Shown here in pieces: positions 19,395 through 30,549 of a stretch of DNA of 64,000 bases. The DNA lies in IMG/VR virus record IMGVR_UViG_3300038696_000205, positions 55,323-119,322 of that record, one strand, 5' to 3'. Source of the stretch: a virus. The notes beneath the pieces are model-generated. The model did not search any database, was not told the origin of the DNA, and worked only from the letters and a program-made list of their open reading frames with translations. The number at the start of each line of letters is the position of its first letter. Within the stretch, counting starts at the first letter, position 1. Position numbers and translations under genes: made by a program.

Positions 19395-19640
19395 TTAAGA
19401 ATCAACTTCTGATATAATTTTAACAACTACTATTTGCATTGCATCGGAATCCTTTGACCATAGTTTATCCCAAATTTTACCTAGGAACCCCTTTTCGGAA
19501 ACAATGATTACGTATTGATTCATTTCGGTTTGTTGTTCTTTGGATATTTTACCATGCCTGACCATTTCTTTTAAGAAAACTTCCTTAAACTGGTTTGCTG
19601 ATTCCGTTAGTGCTCTAGCACCCATTGTATATGCTACCAT
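19395..19640 (-). CDS. hypothetical protein
   Basis: ORF track. Confidence 0.6.
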   Translation of the reverse strand: MVAYTMGARALTESANQFKEVFLKEMVRHGKISKEQQTEMNQYVIIVSEKGFLGKIWDKLWSKDSDAMQIVVVKIISEVDS

Positions 19641-19651
19641 ATTTCATTCTT

Positions 19652-20017
19652 TTATTTTAACAAAGATAGTAATAATCTAACACATATGCAAGTTAAAATA
19701 CCGATAAAATAATATTTTATTTTAATCTTCGTGATTTTATCTCTTTCTACACTAATTAAACTACCATAAATCCGTTTGGTTGCACTACCCAATAAATTCT
19801 TTGTAATTGGGCCGTGAGCATTAATGACCTGTTTGAGTGCACCACTTATACCGTTGGTGTATATTCTTTTGGTTTTCTTTAATTTCTCAATAGTCTTTAA
19901 GTTTACGGTTTCGTACTTATTAACAATGTTGACCATATTATTGATAGTGGGTTCGGGCTTATTCAATTCAAGTTCGATTGCATCTTTAAGTTTCTCTTCC
20001 CTACTTTTATATCTCAT
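19652..20017 (-). CDS. hypothetical protein
   Basis: ORF track. Confidence 0.6.
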   Translation of the reverse strand: MRYKSREEKLKDAIELELNKPEPTINNMVNIVNKYETVNLKTIEKLKKTKRIYTNGISGALKQVINAHGPITKNLLGSATKRIYGSLISVERDKITKIKIKYYFIGILTCICVRLLLSLLK

Positions 20018-20082
20018 GTGATAAATTTATTAATAAAAAACCCCATAATTTAATTATGGGGTTTTTAGTTGTTATTTAAAAT

Positions 20083-22758
20083 TTAGTCGAAGGTGGTATA
20101 ACAAACCTTACCATATTTATCCCTAGAGAACGTAATGTGTTGTGCTTTACCGTCCTTATGAATCAATACATGTGATTGTGCCCATGAACTTGGTCCCTCA
20201 TTGTATCCAACCCTTAACTTAGTTGTAGTTCCAACCGCTATTGCACCATCTTTTCTCCCAGGTGAGTTTCCAGTTAAAGATACAGTACCATCTTTTGCTG
20301 ATTGTACCCAAAAACATTGATTATCAACAGATACACAATAAACTTTAGTCTTTGTGGTTTGATATGAATTAAAACCCCACCCATTAAACCTAGAATCATG
20401 ATTCATTTTCTTACTATTTCTAATAAAATTCCTATCACTAGACCAAGTAATTATATTTAATGTTTTATGATTATCATTTTCATGTTCTCTTTTATTTATT
20501 CTATGAGAATACCCTAATCTATTTAAGGCTGATGATACAACATTTGCTTCAACTTTATTTGTTGTAGAATATTGGTTACCATTATTACCAGTATCATATG
20601 TACCATCCCAATACTTAAGTTCATCAACTAAGACTTCTAATGATTTATTATCCCATTCCAATATTTCAACTGAAATATTTTTAACCGATTTTAAATTATA
20701 TTTATATTCCATTAAAGTTTTATACAAGTCACCTCTAGTTGATATATAACCATCAAAATGTTCTTCAATGTCAGTGTATGTAACTAATTCAGAACCAAAT
20801 AATTCTTTTAGTCGTTCTATTTTCCTGGCTTTTTTTAAATTAAACCTAATTCTATAACCATTTTGTGAACCATCGGCAGCGATAGAAACTATTTGTCTTA
20901 TATGTTTTTCTGGAATACTTTTTCCGTAAATTTCTTCTGGTAATGCAGATATAGGTAATTCCGAAGACGACCTAGTACATATTGCCTGACTAGCTGGTAT
21001 ATAATCACCCCCATTCATCATTAACATATGTTTATCAGTAAAGGTTTGTTCAAAACCATTACCCTTTATTTGTAACATAACCCCATCATAATCAGTTTCA
21101 ATAAATTCATTAACTCTATTCCAGACATTTCTGTTAGTATTTGGGTCATAACTTAATATTTCATCACCAACACTAATAGCTCTTATTTCTTTCCAACCAC
21201 TATTTTTGGTTTGTACCTTATATTCGGCTGGTAAGCAGTGATAATGTCCTACTATAATCTTGGTATTTAACTTCCTAAACTGCACTAGGGAGCCTCTGGA
21301 GCCGTTGGCTCCTGAATCCCCATGTTGCCCAAGTTCCCAATCTAAAACCCTATAGCTATCACTCCTATCAAGTGTAATGAACTTTGGAAATTTCCTATTG
21401 ATTAGTTCTGGAATAACACCCATTACTTTTTCTGGTGTTTCACCGTGTTGTTTCAATAGTATTGCGCTATATTCCATATAAAGCGGTGAGTTCTTATAGG
21501 TCGGTTGTTTCTTCCAGTCACCGTTTTTCAGCCATCTATCCAAGAAATCGTCATGATTACTTCTAACTATGACCACATTCTCAAATTTATTGAATGGTTT
21601 AAGTCCGACCATTAATTCATCAATCTCCTTACCTAGGTCGTTGGTGTTGTTTATTTCTTTACCGTATTGGATAAACGGGTCTTTCATTGCGTGATGTGAA
21701 ATACTATAACCATCGAACACATCATGTAATACCACATGTTTAGGTGTTAACCTTTTCATAAGTTTAAAGGTTTTCTTCAATACCTTAGGGTCATGATGCC
21801 CATAGTGTAAATCGCCCAATATACAAGCCTCTACTTCGGTTATCTTCTTAATTCTTGATTCACCCACCCATTCAAAAGGTTCGGCACCACAATTTGCCTT
21901 TACCCACATAGGTTTGTCCAATGGGTCATCGAATACGATTGGTTGTCTTTTACCCTTGAACTTTACATTATAGTAAAGGTCGGTGAAATCACCATCATCA
22001 TCAGCGGTAACTTGTCTTAAATGGAATGTTTTATCATCCTGTATTTCTACAACGACAAAACCTAACATGTGGTGGAACTCACCTTTTTTACCAGCTTTTG
22101 AATCGGTATAATTACCTTGGGTACAGGCACCAGTGGACAACATCATCTTTGGTTTATTTGACTCCAATACTGAAATCATTTCCATTTGCACCTTTGGGTG
22201 TCCGAATACGCATGAGTTTATACCAGACATACCTTGTAACCCAGTTAATGGGTTTACAGCCGTTGGTTGTATCTTAACATCAGACATAATGGATACAAAC
22301 TCGTGTACGTCATGTCTAGCGGCATCCAAGTATTCCTTTATGGAAGGATGCCAAAAATCCTGACCCTTATCTACGAATACGGACGTAGGGTTTCTATATC
22401 TACCAGCGATTACATGAAAGTCTGCATTAATTTCAGCCGCATACGCTAACATGTTTTTAATAAAACGTTCTTCGACTGGTGTGTTGTTCTGTGCCCAGGT
22501 AATAATAAATCTAGTTACATTTCTATTATATTGTCTACCCTTGGCTTTGATTAGTTCTGGTGATTCAATTTCATTTTTTTCGGAAAGTTTTAACTTTTCC
22601 GATACCCATTTCCTGATGGTTCTTTCACTTACACCAAACTTTTTGCCGAGATTGAAAGCTCTGGTTTCCCATGGGTCACCACTTTTATCATGATAGACAC
22701 TTTTTATTAAATCAATGTCACCTTCGGTTAATGTTTTAAACTTTTTTTTGTTCTTCAT
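20083..22758 (-). CDS. HTH + calcineurin-like metallophosphoesterase, intein-containing
   Basis: GDLHYGH, HDVFDG, SNHD, QHGD, GHYH motifs. Confidence 0.8.
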   Translation of the reverse strand: MKNKKKFKTLTEGDIDLIKSVYHDKSGDPWETRAFNLGKKFGVSERTIRKWVSEKLKLSEKNEIESPELIKAKGRQYNRNVTRFIITWAQNNTPVEERFIKNMLAYAAEINADFHVIAGRYRNPTSVFVDKGQDFWHPSIKEYLDAARHDVHEFVSIMSDVKIQPTAVNPLTGLQGMSGINSCVFGHPKVQMEMISVLESNKPKMMLSTGACTQGNYTDSKAGKKGEFHHMLGFVVVEIQDDKTFHLRQVTADDDGDFTDLYYNVKFKGKRQPIVFDDPLDKPMWVKANCGAEPFEWVGESRIKKITEVEACILGDLHYGHHDPKVLKKTFKLMKRLTPKHVVLHDVFDGYSISHHAMKDPFIQYGKEINNTNDLGKEIDELMVGLKPFNKFENVVIVRSNHDDFLDRWLKNGDWKKQPTYKNSPLYMEYSAILLKQHGETPEKVMGVIPELINRKFPKFITLDRSDSYRVLDWELGQHGDSGANGSRGSLVQFRKLNTKIIVGHYHCLPAEYKVQTKNSGWKEIRAISVGDEILSYDPNTNRNVWNRVNEFIETDYDGVMLQIKGNGFEQTFTDKHMLMMNGGDYIPASQAICTRSSSELPISALPEEIYGKSIPEKHIRQIVSIAADGSQNGYRIRFNLKKARKIERLKELFGSELVTYTDIEEHFDGYISTRGDLYKTLMEYKYNLKSVKNISVEILEWDNKSLEVLVDELKYWDGTYDTGNNGNQYSTTNKVEANVVSSALNRLGYSHRINKREHENDNHKTLNIITWSSDRNFIRNSKKMNHDSRFNGWGFNSYQTTKTKVYCVSVDNQCFWVQSAKDGTVSLTGNSPGRKDGAIAVGTTTKLRVGYNEGPSSWAQSHVLIHKDGKAQHITFSRDKYGKVCYTTFD
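20266..21237 (-). mobile_element. intein (324 aa) with LAGLIDADG-like endonuclease
   Basis: GHYH|CLPAEY...TGN|SPG; block F VYCVSV; IAADGS. Confidence 0.85.
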
Positions 22759-22808
22759 TCTTTAATTTTTATATTTAGGGTTAAAGCCCCATCGTTATAT
22801 TGGACCAG

Positions 22809-23342
22809 TTAAGTAGTTTTTAATAATATTTCCTTAACTTTCTTTTTAGCTTTAAAAAGTGTAGCTTTTGAGGTCCCTGGGTTCAACCCAAGTTCTTTGG
22901 TTATTTCATTGTGTGAATAACCGTCTAACACAAACATGTTAAATATAGTTTTATATTTTGGACTTAATAAGTGAATCGCATTAAATATTTCACTTAAGGT
23001 ATATTGACTTTCCAAATCATATTCGGAATCATCTGATTCAAATTTAGATAAGTCCGTATTCTCCGAATACTTAATCTTCAAGGCCCTTGTTTGGTCAACA
23101 CAATAATGAATGCATAAACCTTTGACCCAAGCACCTAGTTCGGCAACCGTATCACCTATAAATAAATCTATTTTATCGAATATTTTTATAAAGCATTCCT
23201 GAATATAATCTTTACCAGTAGCTTCGTTCGGTACATATCTCATACACGTATTAAATACGGTTGAATACATCATATTATATAATTCATCCTGTGCCTTACT
23301 ATCCTTAATAAGACATAATTCTATTGTTTTTCTAAACGCCAT
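22809..23342 (-). CDS. ECF-type RNA polymerase sigma factor
   Basis: AQDELY...DYIQECFIKIF...FNMFVLDGYSHNEITKELG. Confidence 0.9.
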   Translation of the reverse strand: MAFRKTIELCLIKDSKAQDELYNMMYSTVFNTCMRYVPNEATGKDYIQECFIKIFDKIDLFIGDTVAELGAWVKGLCIHYCVDQTRALKIKYSENTDLSKFESDDSEYDLESQYTLSEIFNAIHLLSPKYKTIFNMFVLDGYSHNEITKELGLNPGTSKATLFKAKKKVKEILLKTT

Positions 23343-24340
23343 TATTTTCCAACTTTTAATAATTCAATACTAATACTTTTACTAATCCCCTTTATAGCTT
23401 TGGCTATTTGGTCAGCTATACTGACCTCTGTTACAATTTCATCTATATCGATATATAAGTCACCTAAAACGAATCCCTCGCCTATCGGTAACGAATCGGT
23501 ACAGTAGAATTTTTCCAAACCAGAATTAAATAACCTCTCCAACGCTGAACCACTTAACACACCGTGAGTTATAATTGCACTAACACTCTTTGCCCCCATT
23601 TCCAATAAATGGTCGGCAGCTTTGACCAAAGTACCGCATGTGTCGGCCATATCATCGATAATCATAACGTCCTTATCGGTAACATCACCTATCAGGACCA
23701 TCCTGTCAATTTCATTTGCCCTGATTCTAGTCTTATCTATCATAACCATTGGTAGGTCATAATCATATAAGCTGGCAACCCTATCTCTAAACCCCTTAAC
23801 CCTTTTGGTGGCCCCAGCATCTGGACTACATAGAATTAAGTTATGGTTTGTTGCTTCATGATAATCCGCTATGATTTCATCGAACATATATTTACCCTCC
23901 ATGTGTATAACTGGAATATTGAAAAAGCCTTGTGTTTGGTTGGCATGTAAGTCAAATAGGATAACCGATGTTGCCCCTCTATTTTCTAACATCTCGGCAA
24001 TTATTTTACCACCTATGGCCCCTCTTGGTTGGTTCCTTTTGTCACTTCTCCCATATGGGTAGTAGGTGATTATTGGTATGATTTCCTTGGCACCAGCCCT
24101 TTTTGCGGCATCTATCGCTAGGTTCAACATCATAATCTTATCTGAATCGTTAGGTGATGTGACTATGTAAATAGTTCTACCTCTAATCGATGTCAGATAG
24201 TCAGCCGACATTTCCATATCTGAAAATATTTCCGTATTGATTTCACCCTCTACAAATGCAACTTCTTCTTTCCTTAATTCGGAGAATAATTTACTTTTTA
24301 AAGTTTTTCTTTTTTCTAAAAAAAATATGATTGGTTCCAT
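23342..24340 (-). CDS. prs: ribose-phosphate pyrophosphokinase
   Basis: FSDME, YYPYGRSD, DLHANQ, SPDAGA, IIDDMADTCGT. Confidence 0.95.
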   Translation of the reverse strand: MEPIIFFLEKRKTLKSKLFSELRKEEVAFVEGEINTEIFSDMEMSADYLTSIRGRTIYIVTSPNDSDKIMMLNLAIDAAKRAGAKEIIPIITYYPYGRSDKRNQPRGAIGGKIIAEMLENRGATSVILFDLHANQTQGFFNIPVIHMEGKYMFDEIIADYHEATNHNLILCSPDAGATKRVKGFRDRVASLYDYDLPMVMIDKTRIRANEIDRMVLIGDVTDKDVMIIDDMADTCGTLVKAADHLLEMGAKSVSAIITHGVLSGSALERLFNSGLEKFYCTDSLPIGEGFVLGDLYIDIDEIVTEVSIADQIAKAIKGISKSISIELLKVGK

Positions 24341-24345
24341 GTGGT

Positions 24346-24693
24346 TTATTTTTTAATTAGTTTCCACTCCCTAATGTGGAACTTGGTTTTATACTCACCA
24401 AGTTCGAATGTTTGTGCATTTAAAATAATTTCGATTGCTAACGGTAATTCGATAAGTAATTTATCCATCTCCGTTTTTTGTTCCTCGGTCCAATCAAATG
24501 GGTCACCCTCGAACGGGTCGAAGTCTTCTGGTTGCCCATATAATATAACCCCCATATCCTCATGGTGATTAAGTCCACCAAATGGGGTTCCCCCAAATGT
24601 TGATATTGTAGTAAAATCCTCTATATCGGCCCAAGTTAGGTGTTTAACCAATTTTAAATGTTCTTCTTTTAATTCAAATTTTATAATGCTCAT
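24346..24693 (-). CDS. hypothetical protein
   Basis: ORF track. Confidence 0.7.
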   Translation of the reverse strand: MSIIKFELKEEHLKLVKHLTWADIEDFTTISTFGGTPFGGLNHHEDMGVILYGQPEDFDPFEGDPFDWTEEQKTEMDKLLIELPLAIEIILNAQTFELGEYKTKFHIREWKLIKK

Positions 24694-24743
24694 ATTATTG
24701 TTTTATTGTTACAAATATAGTATATTATATATTATGATTCAAC

Positions 24744-24998
24744 CTATTTATAAATTTCTTTTATTATTTCTATTGGTAAACCCCATTTTTTCATTAATCT
24801 ATGTGGATGTTCATTTTTACATACTTCCGTAAAATTATGATATTTAGATTTATTTAAGTGTTTTATATAATCATCTATATTTTTAAATTTATTTTTAGTT
24901 CTTAAATCATTTAAAATTTTATAATCTATATTTTCAAATAATTTATATTTTTTTATTCTTTTAAATAATTCAAAATTTAATTTTTTAATATCGCTCAT
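24744..24998 (-). CDS. hypothetical Lys-rich protein
   Basis: ORF track; very AT-rich. Confidence 0.45.
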   Translation of the reverse strand: MSDIKKLNFELFKRIKKYKLFENIDYKILNDLRTKNKFKNIDDYIKHLNKSKYHNFTEVCKNEHPHRLMKKWGLPIEIIKEIYK

Positions 24999-25244
24999 TT
25001 TTTTATTTTCAACAAATTTTAACTCATCAGCGGTTAATAAATTTGGGAATTTTAATTTAATTTTATATTTTAATATTTGTTCCTGAGTGATATTCTTATT
25101 TGTAATTAAATTAATTGTAGTTAGTTGTTTTTATAATTTTATTGTTCATAGTTATTATTTTAATTATTACTTATTATTTTAACAAAAGTACTCAAATAAT
25201 AAGTAATAATCAAGTTTTCAGACATATTTATATAGAAAGAAAAT

Positions 25245-26192
25245 ATGGAGAATAACCATAAACCATTTATAGTTAATACATTAAGGAATTTAAAATCAAA
25301 TAGTTTTGGTAGCACATCTTCTATAAATTATATTAATAAGGTAGTTAGCTCGATTAATATATTAAAAGAGGATATTAACTATGACGATGATACTGAATAT
25401 GAGTATGATTGGGGTAATATTGAATCCGATGTTAAGAATTCTACTAGAGGTATCAAGACCTTGGAGAACGCAAAGGAATATTTCAATATGTTACATGGTA
25501 AGGTCAAGAACTTACCAAAGTTAGCTAGAAAAAGAGTGTTCAATATAGCATTGCTTAGTTTAACAGGTCTTATGTTGAGTAATTTAAGTAAGACCAAAGA
25601 AGAGGTAATCGATGAACTACCAGAAGATGTTGTCGTAGACATTATGTCTGCCGATGTTGCCGCAGCTAAATTACTTAAGGCTGCAACGGTTAAAAAAGAA
25701 TTCCCAAAGGTTAGGGATGTCAGTAGTTCTTTTATTGAATTTTTAAAGTATGAGGAAGGTTCCCCTATTAAAAAGGGTCAACCTATATTGACCGCCTATG
25801 ATTTAGGTGACGGACACGTAACTATTGGTTACGGTCATGCTGAATCCAAGAGTTACACCAAGATGATTCCTGGTGAGACAAAGATAAGTTATGCTAGAGC
25901 CGAAAAGCTTTTGAAAAAGGATGTTGAGTGGGCCAGTAACTCTCTAAATAGAATTTTAGAGGATTGGGGTGAAGAAGGAATTAAAGTTAACGTAACTCAG
26001 GGAATGTATGATTCAATGGTATCGTTAATATACAATATGGGTATCGGTAACTTTAAAAAAAGCAAGGTTTTAAGATTGGTAAAAGCTAACAAACTTAAAA
26101 GAGCTAAGAAATTAATTAAAAATACCCATATTACATATCCAGGTCATGTTACACGTAGGAGCAAGGAGGCCGAAATGTTCGACTTACCTTAA
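25245..26192 (+). CDS. GH24 phage lysozyme with N-terminal extension
   Basis: FLKYEEG...AYDLGDGHVTIGYGH...VSLIYNMG...RRSKE; ATATTTATA upstream. Confidence 0.85.
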   Translation: MENNHKPFIVNTLRNLKSNSFGSTSSINYINKVVSSINILKEDINYDDDTEYEYDWGNIESDVKNSTRGIKTLENAKEYFNMLHGKVKNLPKLARKRVFNIALLSLTGLMLSNLSKTKEEVIDELPEDVVVDIMSADVAAAKLLKAATVKKEFPKVRDVSSSFIEFLKYEEGSPIKKGQPILTAYDLGDGHVTIGYGHAESKSYTKMIPGETKISYARAEKLLKKDVEWASNSLNRILEDWGEEGIKVNVTQGMYDSMVSLIYNMGIGNFKKSKVLRLVKANKLKRAKKLIKNTHITYPGHVTRRSKEAEMFDLP

Positions 26193-26194
26193 TT

Positions 26195-26395
26195 TCATTT
26201 ATTATAACTCCTTAACTGGTCCAACATTATCTGATGTTGCTTAATTAAGCGTTTTCTAATAGTTTCAATAACCTCTATTTGATTGTGGTTATTCAGATTG
26301 AATATTCTATCGGCTATTTCCTCACCCATAATAATATGGTCAGGTTTTGTCATTTCGTCTATTGTTGTTGAAATCTTATTTTTTAATAAGTTCAT
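26195..26395 (-). CDS. hypothetical protein
   Basis: ORF track. Confidence 0.55.
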   Translation of the reverse strand: MNLLKNKISTTIDEMTKPDHIIMGEEIADRIFNLNNHNQIEVIETIRKRLIKQHQIMLDQLRSYNK

Positions 26396-26429
26396 ATTTT
26401 TTATTTTTGAGGTTAGTTATTATTGTTTA

Positions 26430-26975
26430 TTATCCAAAAAGTGTTATCCAAATTGATGTGTCTGCTTGACCTATAATACCTACAATAGCACTTAAGATAG
26501 GGTTACCGAAGTATAGAAATAGACCGAATAGTGACCAGGATATAAGAAATGGTAGTCTAGACTCATACAAGCCCTCATATATTTCATCGTCCCACGTTAT
26601 TAATACGGCAGATATAACTATCAACCCTAACATAAAGCCAGCTAATGATTCGTAAAATTCTGGGAATCCACTAAATAGAAAGTAACCATATATCCCAAAG
26701 AAATAATCCAATAGGGTAAATATGCAAATTACTATTACACCCTTTAGGTCCTTAATTCTTACATCTTTATGTGTTGGGAATACGTATGCAAATACCACAA
26801 ATATGGGTACTAATATATATGTTATGGCACCGAAGGCTATCATGGCAAGGTTTCCAACCATGTATGAACCTATTTCTTTGTCTAACGACCACTTGAACGA
26901 ATCATAACTACCATCACTATTTTGAATGGTTTTTGTCCAATTATTACCCGAATTACTCTTTTTATTATCTATCAT
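26430..26975 (-). CDS. hypothetical multi-pass membrane protein
   Basis: Several hydrophobic segments. Confidence 0.65.
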   Translation of the reverse strand: MIDNKKSNSGNNWTKTIQNSDGSYDSFKWSLDKEIGSYMVGNLAMIAFGAITYILVPIFVVFAYVFPTHKDVRIKDLKGVIVICIFTLLDYFFGIYGYFLFSGFPEFYESLAGFMLGLIVISAVLITWDDEIYEGLYESRLPFLISWSLFGLFLYFGNPILSAIVGIIGQADTSIWITLFG

Positions 26976-27028
26976 AATTTATGTTATTTAATTATTATGA
27001 TACAAATATACGAATAATATTTAGTTTA

Positions 27029-27742
27029 TTATAATATTTTTGAATAAAGTTCGTCAAATACTTCTTTTACTCCTTTTGTTGCGGTCTTTTTTATGTATTT
27101 AATACCAGTACCCAACTGAGGACCTTCCTCGAAATAATCAACTGGGTCTGGGTCTATGTAGTAAACTTTAGTGTTTGGTCCCACCATATCCATCATACCA
27201 ACAGTGTAATGTATTTGGAATGATGTTCCCACCATAATTAAATAATCCGCTTTTGATAGTGCCCTAGTAGACTCTTCCATATTAAATGGATACTCACCAA
27301 AAAATACGGTATGTGGCCTTAACTGTGACCCCTTGATACATTTATCACCTAAATTTAATGAACCCCTACAATCATAATATAATTCTGGGTCTAAGGTACT
27401 TCTACACTTCATTAATTCACCGTGTAGATGTAGTATGTTCTTGCAACCAGCCTTTTCCAATAAATCGGATACGTTTTGGGTAACATGGGTGACATCAAAA
27501 TGCGTATCAAGTTCGGCCAATAATTTATGTGCCGAATTGGGTTTGGTCTTATGTAGGGCTTCCCTAAGCATGTTATGAAAATCTAATACCTTACTCTTAT
27601 CTTTTTTCCAACCCTCAGTGGTCGCAACTTCATCTATCTTGTAATTATACCAAAGTCCGTTGTCGGTATCCCTGAACGTATCTACGCCAGATTCTTTATC
27701 TAATCCAGCACCGCTGAATACTACTATTTTTTTTCTGCTCAT
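27029..27742 (-). CDS. cobB: Sir2/CobB NAD-dependent deacylase
   Basis: GAGLDKESG..TFR, TQNV, HLHGE, RPH.VFFGE, GTS. Confidence 0.92.
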   Translation of the reverse strand: MSRKKIVVFSGAGLDKESGVDTFRDTDNGLWYNYKIDEVATTEGWKKDKSKVLDFHNMLREALHKTKPNSAHKLLAELDTHFDVTHVTQNVSDLLEKAGCKNILHLHGELMKCRSTLDPELYYDCRGSLNLGDKCIKGSQLRPHTVFFGEYPFNMEESTRALSKADYLIMVGTSFQIHYTVGMMDMVGPNTKVYYIDPDPVDYFEEGPQLGTGIKYIKKTATKGVKEVFDELYSKIL

Positions 27743-27753
27743 AATATTTTTAT

Positions 27754-28179
27754 TTATAACGTTATGTTGAAATGATTAATTAGGTCCAACCATTCGGTTT
27801 CTGGGTTAAAACCAGCCTTATCATCCATTAACACATTCATGTATGGTTTTTTATCGTAGCACCCATAACTACCGATTTTAGTTTCTACTTCTGGGTTTTC
27901 ATTTATATAATTAAAAGTAATCCCATGTTTCTTGAAAAATTCAACATATTGCAATATTTCTTCTGGGTGCGAACACGTATACATGATAAGCACTATAGAA
28001 GTGTTTAGGGTTAAATGTTGCAAAACCTCTTTTGCATACGGATAAAATTCCGTTGGGATATCACCGACTTTATAGTTCGGCTTTATTACCGTACTATGTA
28101 AATCTATGAAATAATAAACTCTGTCCCAACCTCGTTCGGACATAATCTTCTCTGAATTTTTTACGGCATCTATTATCAT
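27754..28179 (-). CDS. HAD-like protein
   Basis: FIDLHSTV, YTCS, DDKAG. Confidence 0.65.
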   Translation of the reverse strand: MIIDAVKNSEKIMSERGWDRVYYFIDLHSTVIKPNYKVGDIPTEFYPYAKEVLQHLTLNTSIVLIMYTCSHPEEILQYVEFFKKHGITFNYINENPEVETKIGSYGCYDKKPYMNVLMDDKAGFNPETEWLDLINHFNITL

Positions 28180-28189
28180 AATTTATTCT

Positions 28190-28738
28190 TTAACTGTTTT
28201 TAATATCTCTAAAAGTTGGTAGTTCTAAATCTTTTTCACTCACCACTATTAGTTCACTTGGAATTTTCCAATCAATATCTAAATCTTTATCGTTGAATAT
28301 AATTCCAGACTCGGATTCCTTATTGTAATAGTTGTCACATTTATACGTGAATATAGAACCCATTTCCAACGATATGAATCCATGGGCAAACCCCTTAGGT
28401 ACGAATACTTGTTTTCTATTCGATTCGGTAAGGTGTACCGAAACATGTTCCCCATAAGTGGGTGAACCAACCCTAATATCTACAACGACATCTAGAACCG
28501 AACCCTTGACAACACTGACCAATTTGGCCTGGGCATGTTCCCCAGTTTGGAAATGTAATCCACGTAATACATACATATTAGATACCGATAGGTTGTCTTG
28601 GACATATGTTACATTAAGTTCTGAGTGGTCCTTATAAAAAAATTTATTATATGTTTCCATAAACGAACCTCTTTCATCATTATATCTATCTAACTGTATA
28701 ATATAACAACCCTTTAATTTAGTTTCTCTTACCCACAT
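28190..28738 (-). CDS. rmlC: dTDP-4-dehydrorhamnose 3,5-epimerase
   Basis: DERGSFMETY, QDNLS, LRGLHFQ, GFAHGF. Confidence 0.95.
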   Translation of the reverse strand: MWVRETKLKGCYIIQLDRYNDERGSFMETYNKFFYKDHSELNVTYVQDNLSVSNMYVLRGLHFQTGEHAQAKLVSVVKGSVLDVVVDIRVGSPTYGEHVSVHLTESNRKQVFVPKGFAHGFISLEMGSIFTYKCDNYYNKESESGIIFNDKDLDIDWKIPSELIVVSEKDLELPTFRDIKNS

Positions 28739-28749
28739 ATTTTTTTGTT

Positions 28750-29613
28750 TTATCTGCATATTAATTTCTTTAAATATAGGCCGTAACCACTCTTAATCAA
28801 TGGTTCTGCCAATAACTCTAACTCACTTTTATTTATATATCCCATATTGAACGCCATTTCCTCTATACAACCTATTTTTAAACCTTGTCGTTCTTCAATG
28901 ACCTCAACAAATTGACTTGCTTGATTCAGCGATTTAAACGTGCCAGTGTCCAACCAAGCTGTACCCCTATCCAAAATACTTACCTTTAACTTACCGAATC
29001 TTAAGTATTCCTTATTAATGTCGGTTATCTCATATTCACCCCTAGGGCTGGGTTTTATGTTTTCAGCAATCCAAACTACATTATTATCATAAAAATATAT
29101 ACCAGGAACCGCATAACTTGATTTCGGGTTTTCTGGTTTTTCCTCAATAGATATGGCTTCCCCATCATTATTAAATTCGACCACCCCATATCTTTCTGGG
29201 TCATGTACATGGTAACCATATACAACACCACCATTTGGGTCATAATTAGACTGTAAGAGCGTATCTAAACCAGTACCATAGAAGATGTTATCCCCAAGTA
29301 TTAAAGCTACAGAATCGCCTCCAATGAACTCTTTACCGATTATAAAGGCTTGTGCCAAACCATTTGGTTCTATTTGTGCGGCATATTTAAAACTACACCC
29401 CAATTTACTACCATCACCCAATAGATTCTCGAATAATGGTAAATCATGTGGGGTCGATATAATAAGGATTTCATTGATACCCGAACTCATTAATGTTGAT
29501 AACGGATAATAAATCATCGGCTTATCGTAAATCGGCATCAGTTGTTTACTAATGCTAAGTGTCAATGGATATAATCTAGTTCCTGAACCGCCAGCTAATA
29601 TAATTCCTTTCAT
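28750..29613 (-). CDS. rmlA: glucose-1-phosphate thymidylyltransferase
   Basis: [33 protein letters not shown]. Confidence 0.97.
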   Translation of the reverse strand: MKGIILAGGSGTRLYPLTLSISKQLMPIYDKPMIYYPLSTLMSSGINEILIISTPHDLPLFENLLGDGSKLGCSFKYAAQIEPNGLAQAFIIGKEFIGGDSVALILGDNIFYGTGLDTLLQSNYDPNGGVVYGYHVHDPERYGVVEFNNDGEAISIEEKPENPKSSYAVPGIYFYDNNVVWIAENIKPSPRGEYEITDINKEYLRFGKLKVSILDRGTAWLDTGTFKSLNQASQFVEVIEERQGLKIGCIEEMAFNMGYINKSELELLAEPLIKSGYGLYLKKLICR

Positions 29614-29626
29614 ATTACTATTTTAT

Positions 29627-30025
29627 TTATTCTTCCTCGTCTTCATCTTTAAAATCAACTGGGTAATATAACTCATATAAAGAATTTTCAGTCTTAAACT
29701 TTACATAACCTGGTGATTCTTCAATTACCTCGGTAACCATTGTTGTTTGCCAAGTGTAAAAATGATTAAATGGACTCATTATTAGACATCTACCTACCGA
29801 AATTTTTTCAAATTTATTCTTAAATGTTCCATCCTCGTTATATTCAAGCCAAAGAACATCTGGGGATGCCTTTATGAACCTAGTAGAATCTGATTTGAGT
29901 AAACGACATTTAATGTTCATGTGGTCGCACTCATTGCACACGCCAAAACCCTCTTTGAAGGCATCCATTTTCTCCCTATGTTTTGTAACCTTTTCACATT
30001 GGTCACAATATATTAATTTACCCAT
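29627..30025 (-). CDS. hypothetical zinc-ribbon protein
   Basis: CxxC pairs. Confidence 0.65.
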   Translation of the reverse strand: MGKLIYCDQCEKVTKHREKMDAFKEGFGVCNECDHMNIKCRLLKSDSTRFIKASPDVLWLEYNEDGTFKNKFEKISVGRCLIMSPFNHFYTWQTTMVTEVIEESPGYVKFKTENSLYELYYPVDFKDEDEEE

Positions 30026-30547
30026 TGTTCCTAACCCTTTCTAAATTTTTCAACGTTATGATTTCCTTTACCCTTTCATATGATATTGGGGTGAAGTTAT
30101 GTGAATCAACACCCACATCAAATTGGTTGGGTGATAATACTAAATCTTGAAATTCATCGGACACTTCCTGGTCCATAACTCGTATATCTAAACGTTCATA
30201 TATTCCACCACGAAATTCATCGATATTATAACTTTTTTTAAGGACTGTCTTTTCGTGATTACCTTTAATCAAAACCTTATGTCCATTTAATTTTTTTAAT
30301 ATTTTTAAACAATCCTGTTCTTTACCTAAAGCAAAATCACCCAGACAAAAAATTAGGTCTTCGTCTTTTACAACGCTGTTCCAGTTTTCAATTATTTTTT
30401 TATCCATTTCACCTATATCACTAAATGGTCTTTTACAATATTTAATAATATTTGCATGCATGAAGTGACAATCTGAGGTGAAATAAACCCCCTATTAGGT
30501 AAACTTTTAAAATTAAATGGGAAAGTGTCTTTTTCCTTATATTCCAT
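30018..30547 (-). pseudogene. calcineurin-like phosphoesterase, frameshifted and internally deleted
   Basis: ATG 30547 (MEYKEK...NRG) needs one more G in the G5 run at 30488-30492 to join VYFTSDCHF; the usual HYP...HGHxH block is absent before NQFDVGVD. Confidence 0.7.
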
Positions 30548-30549
30548 AT

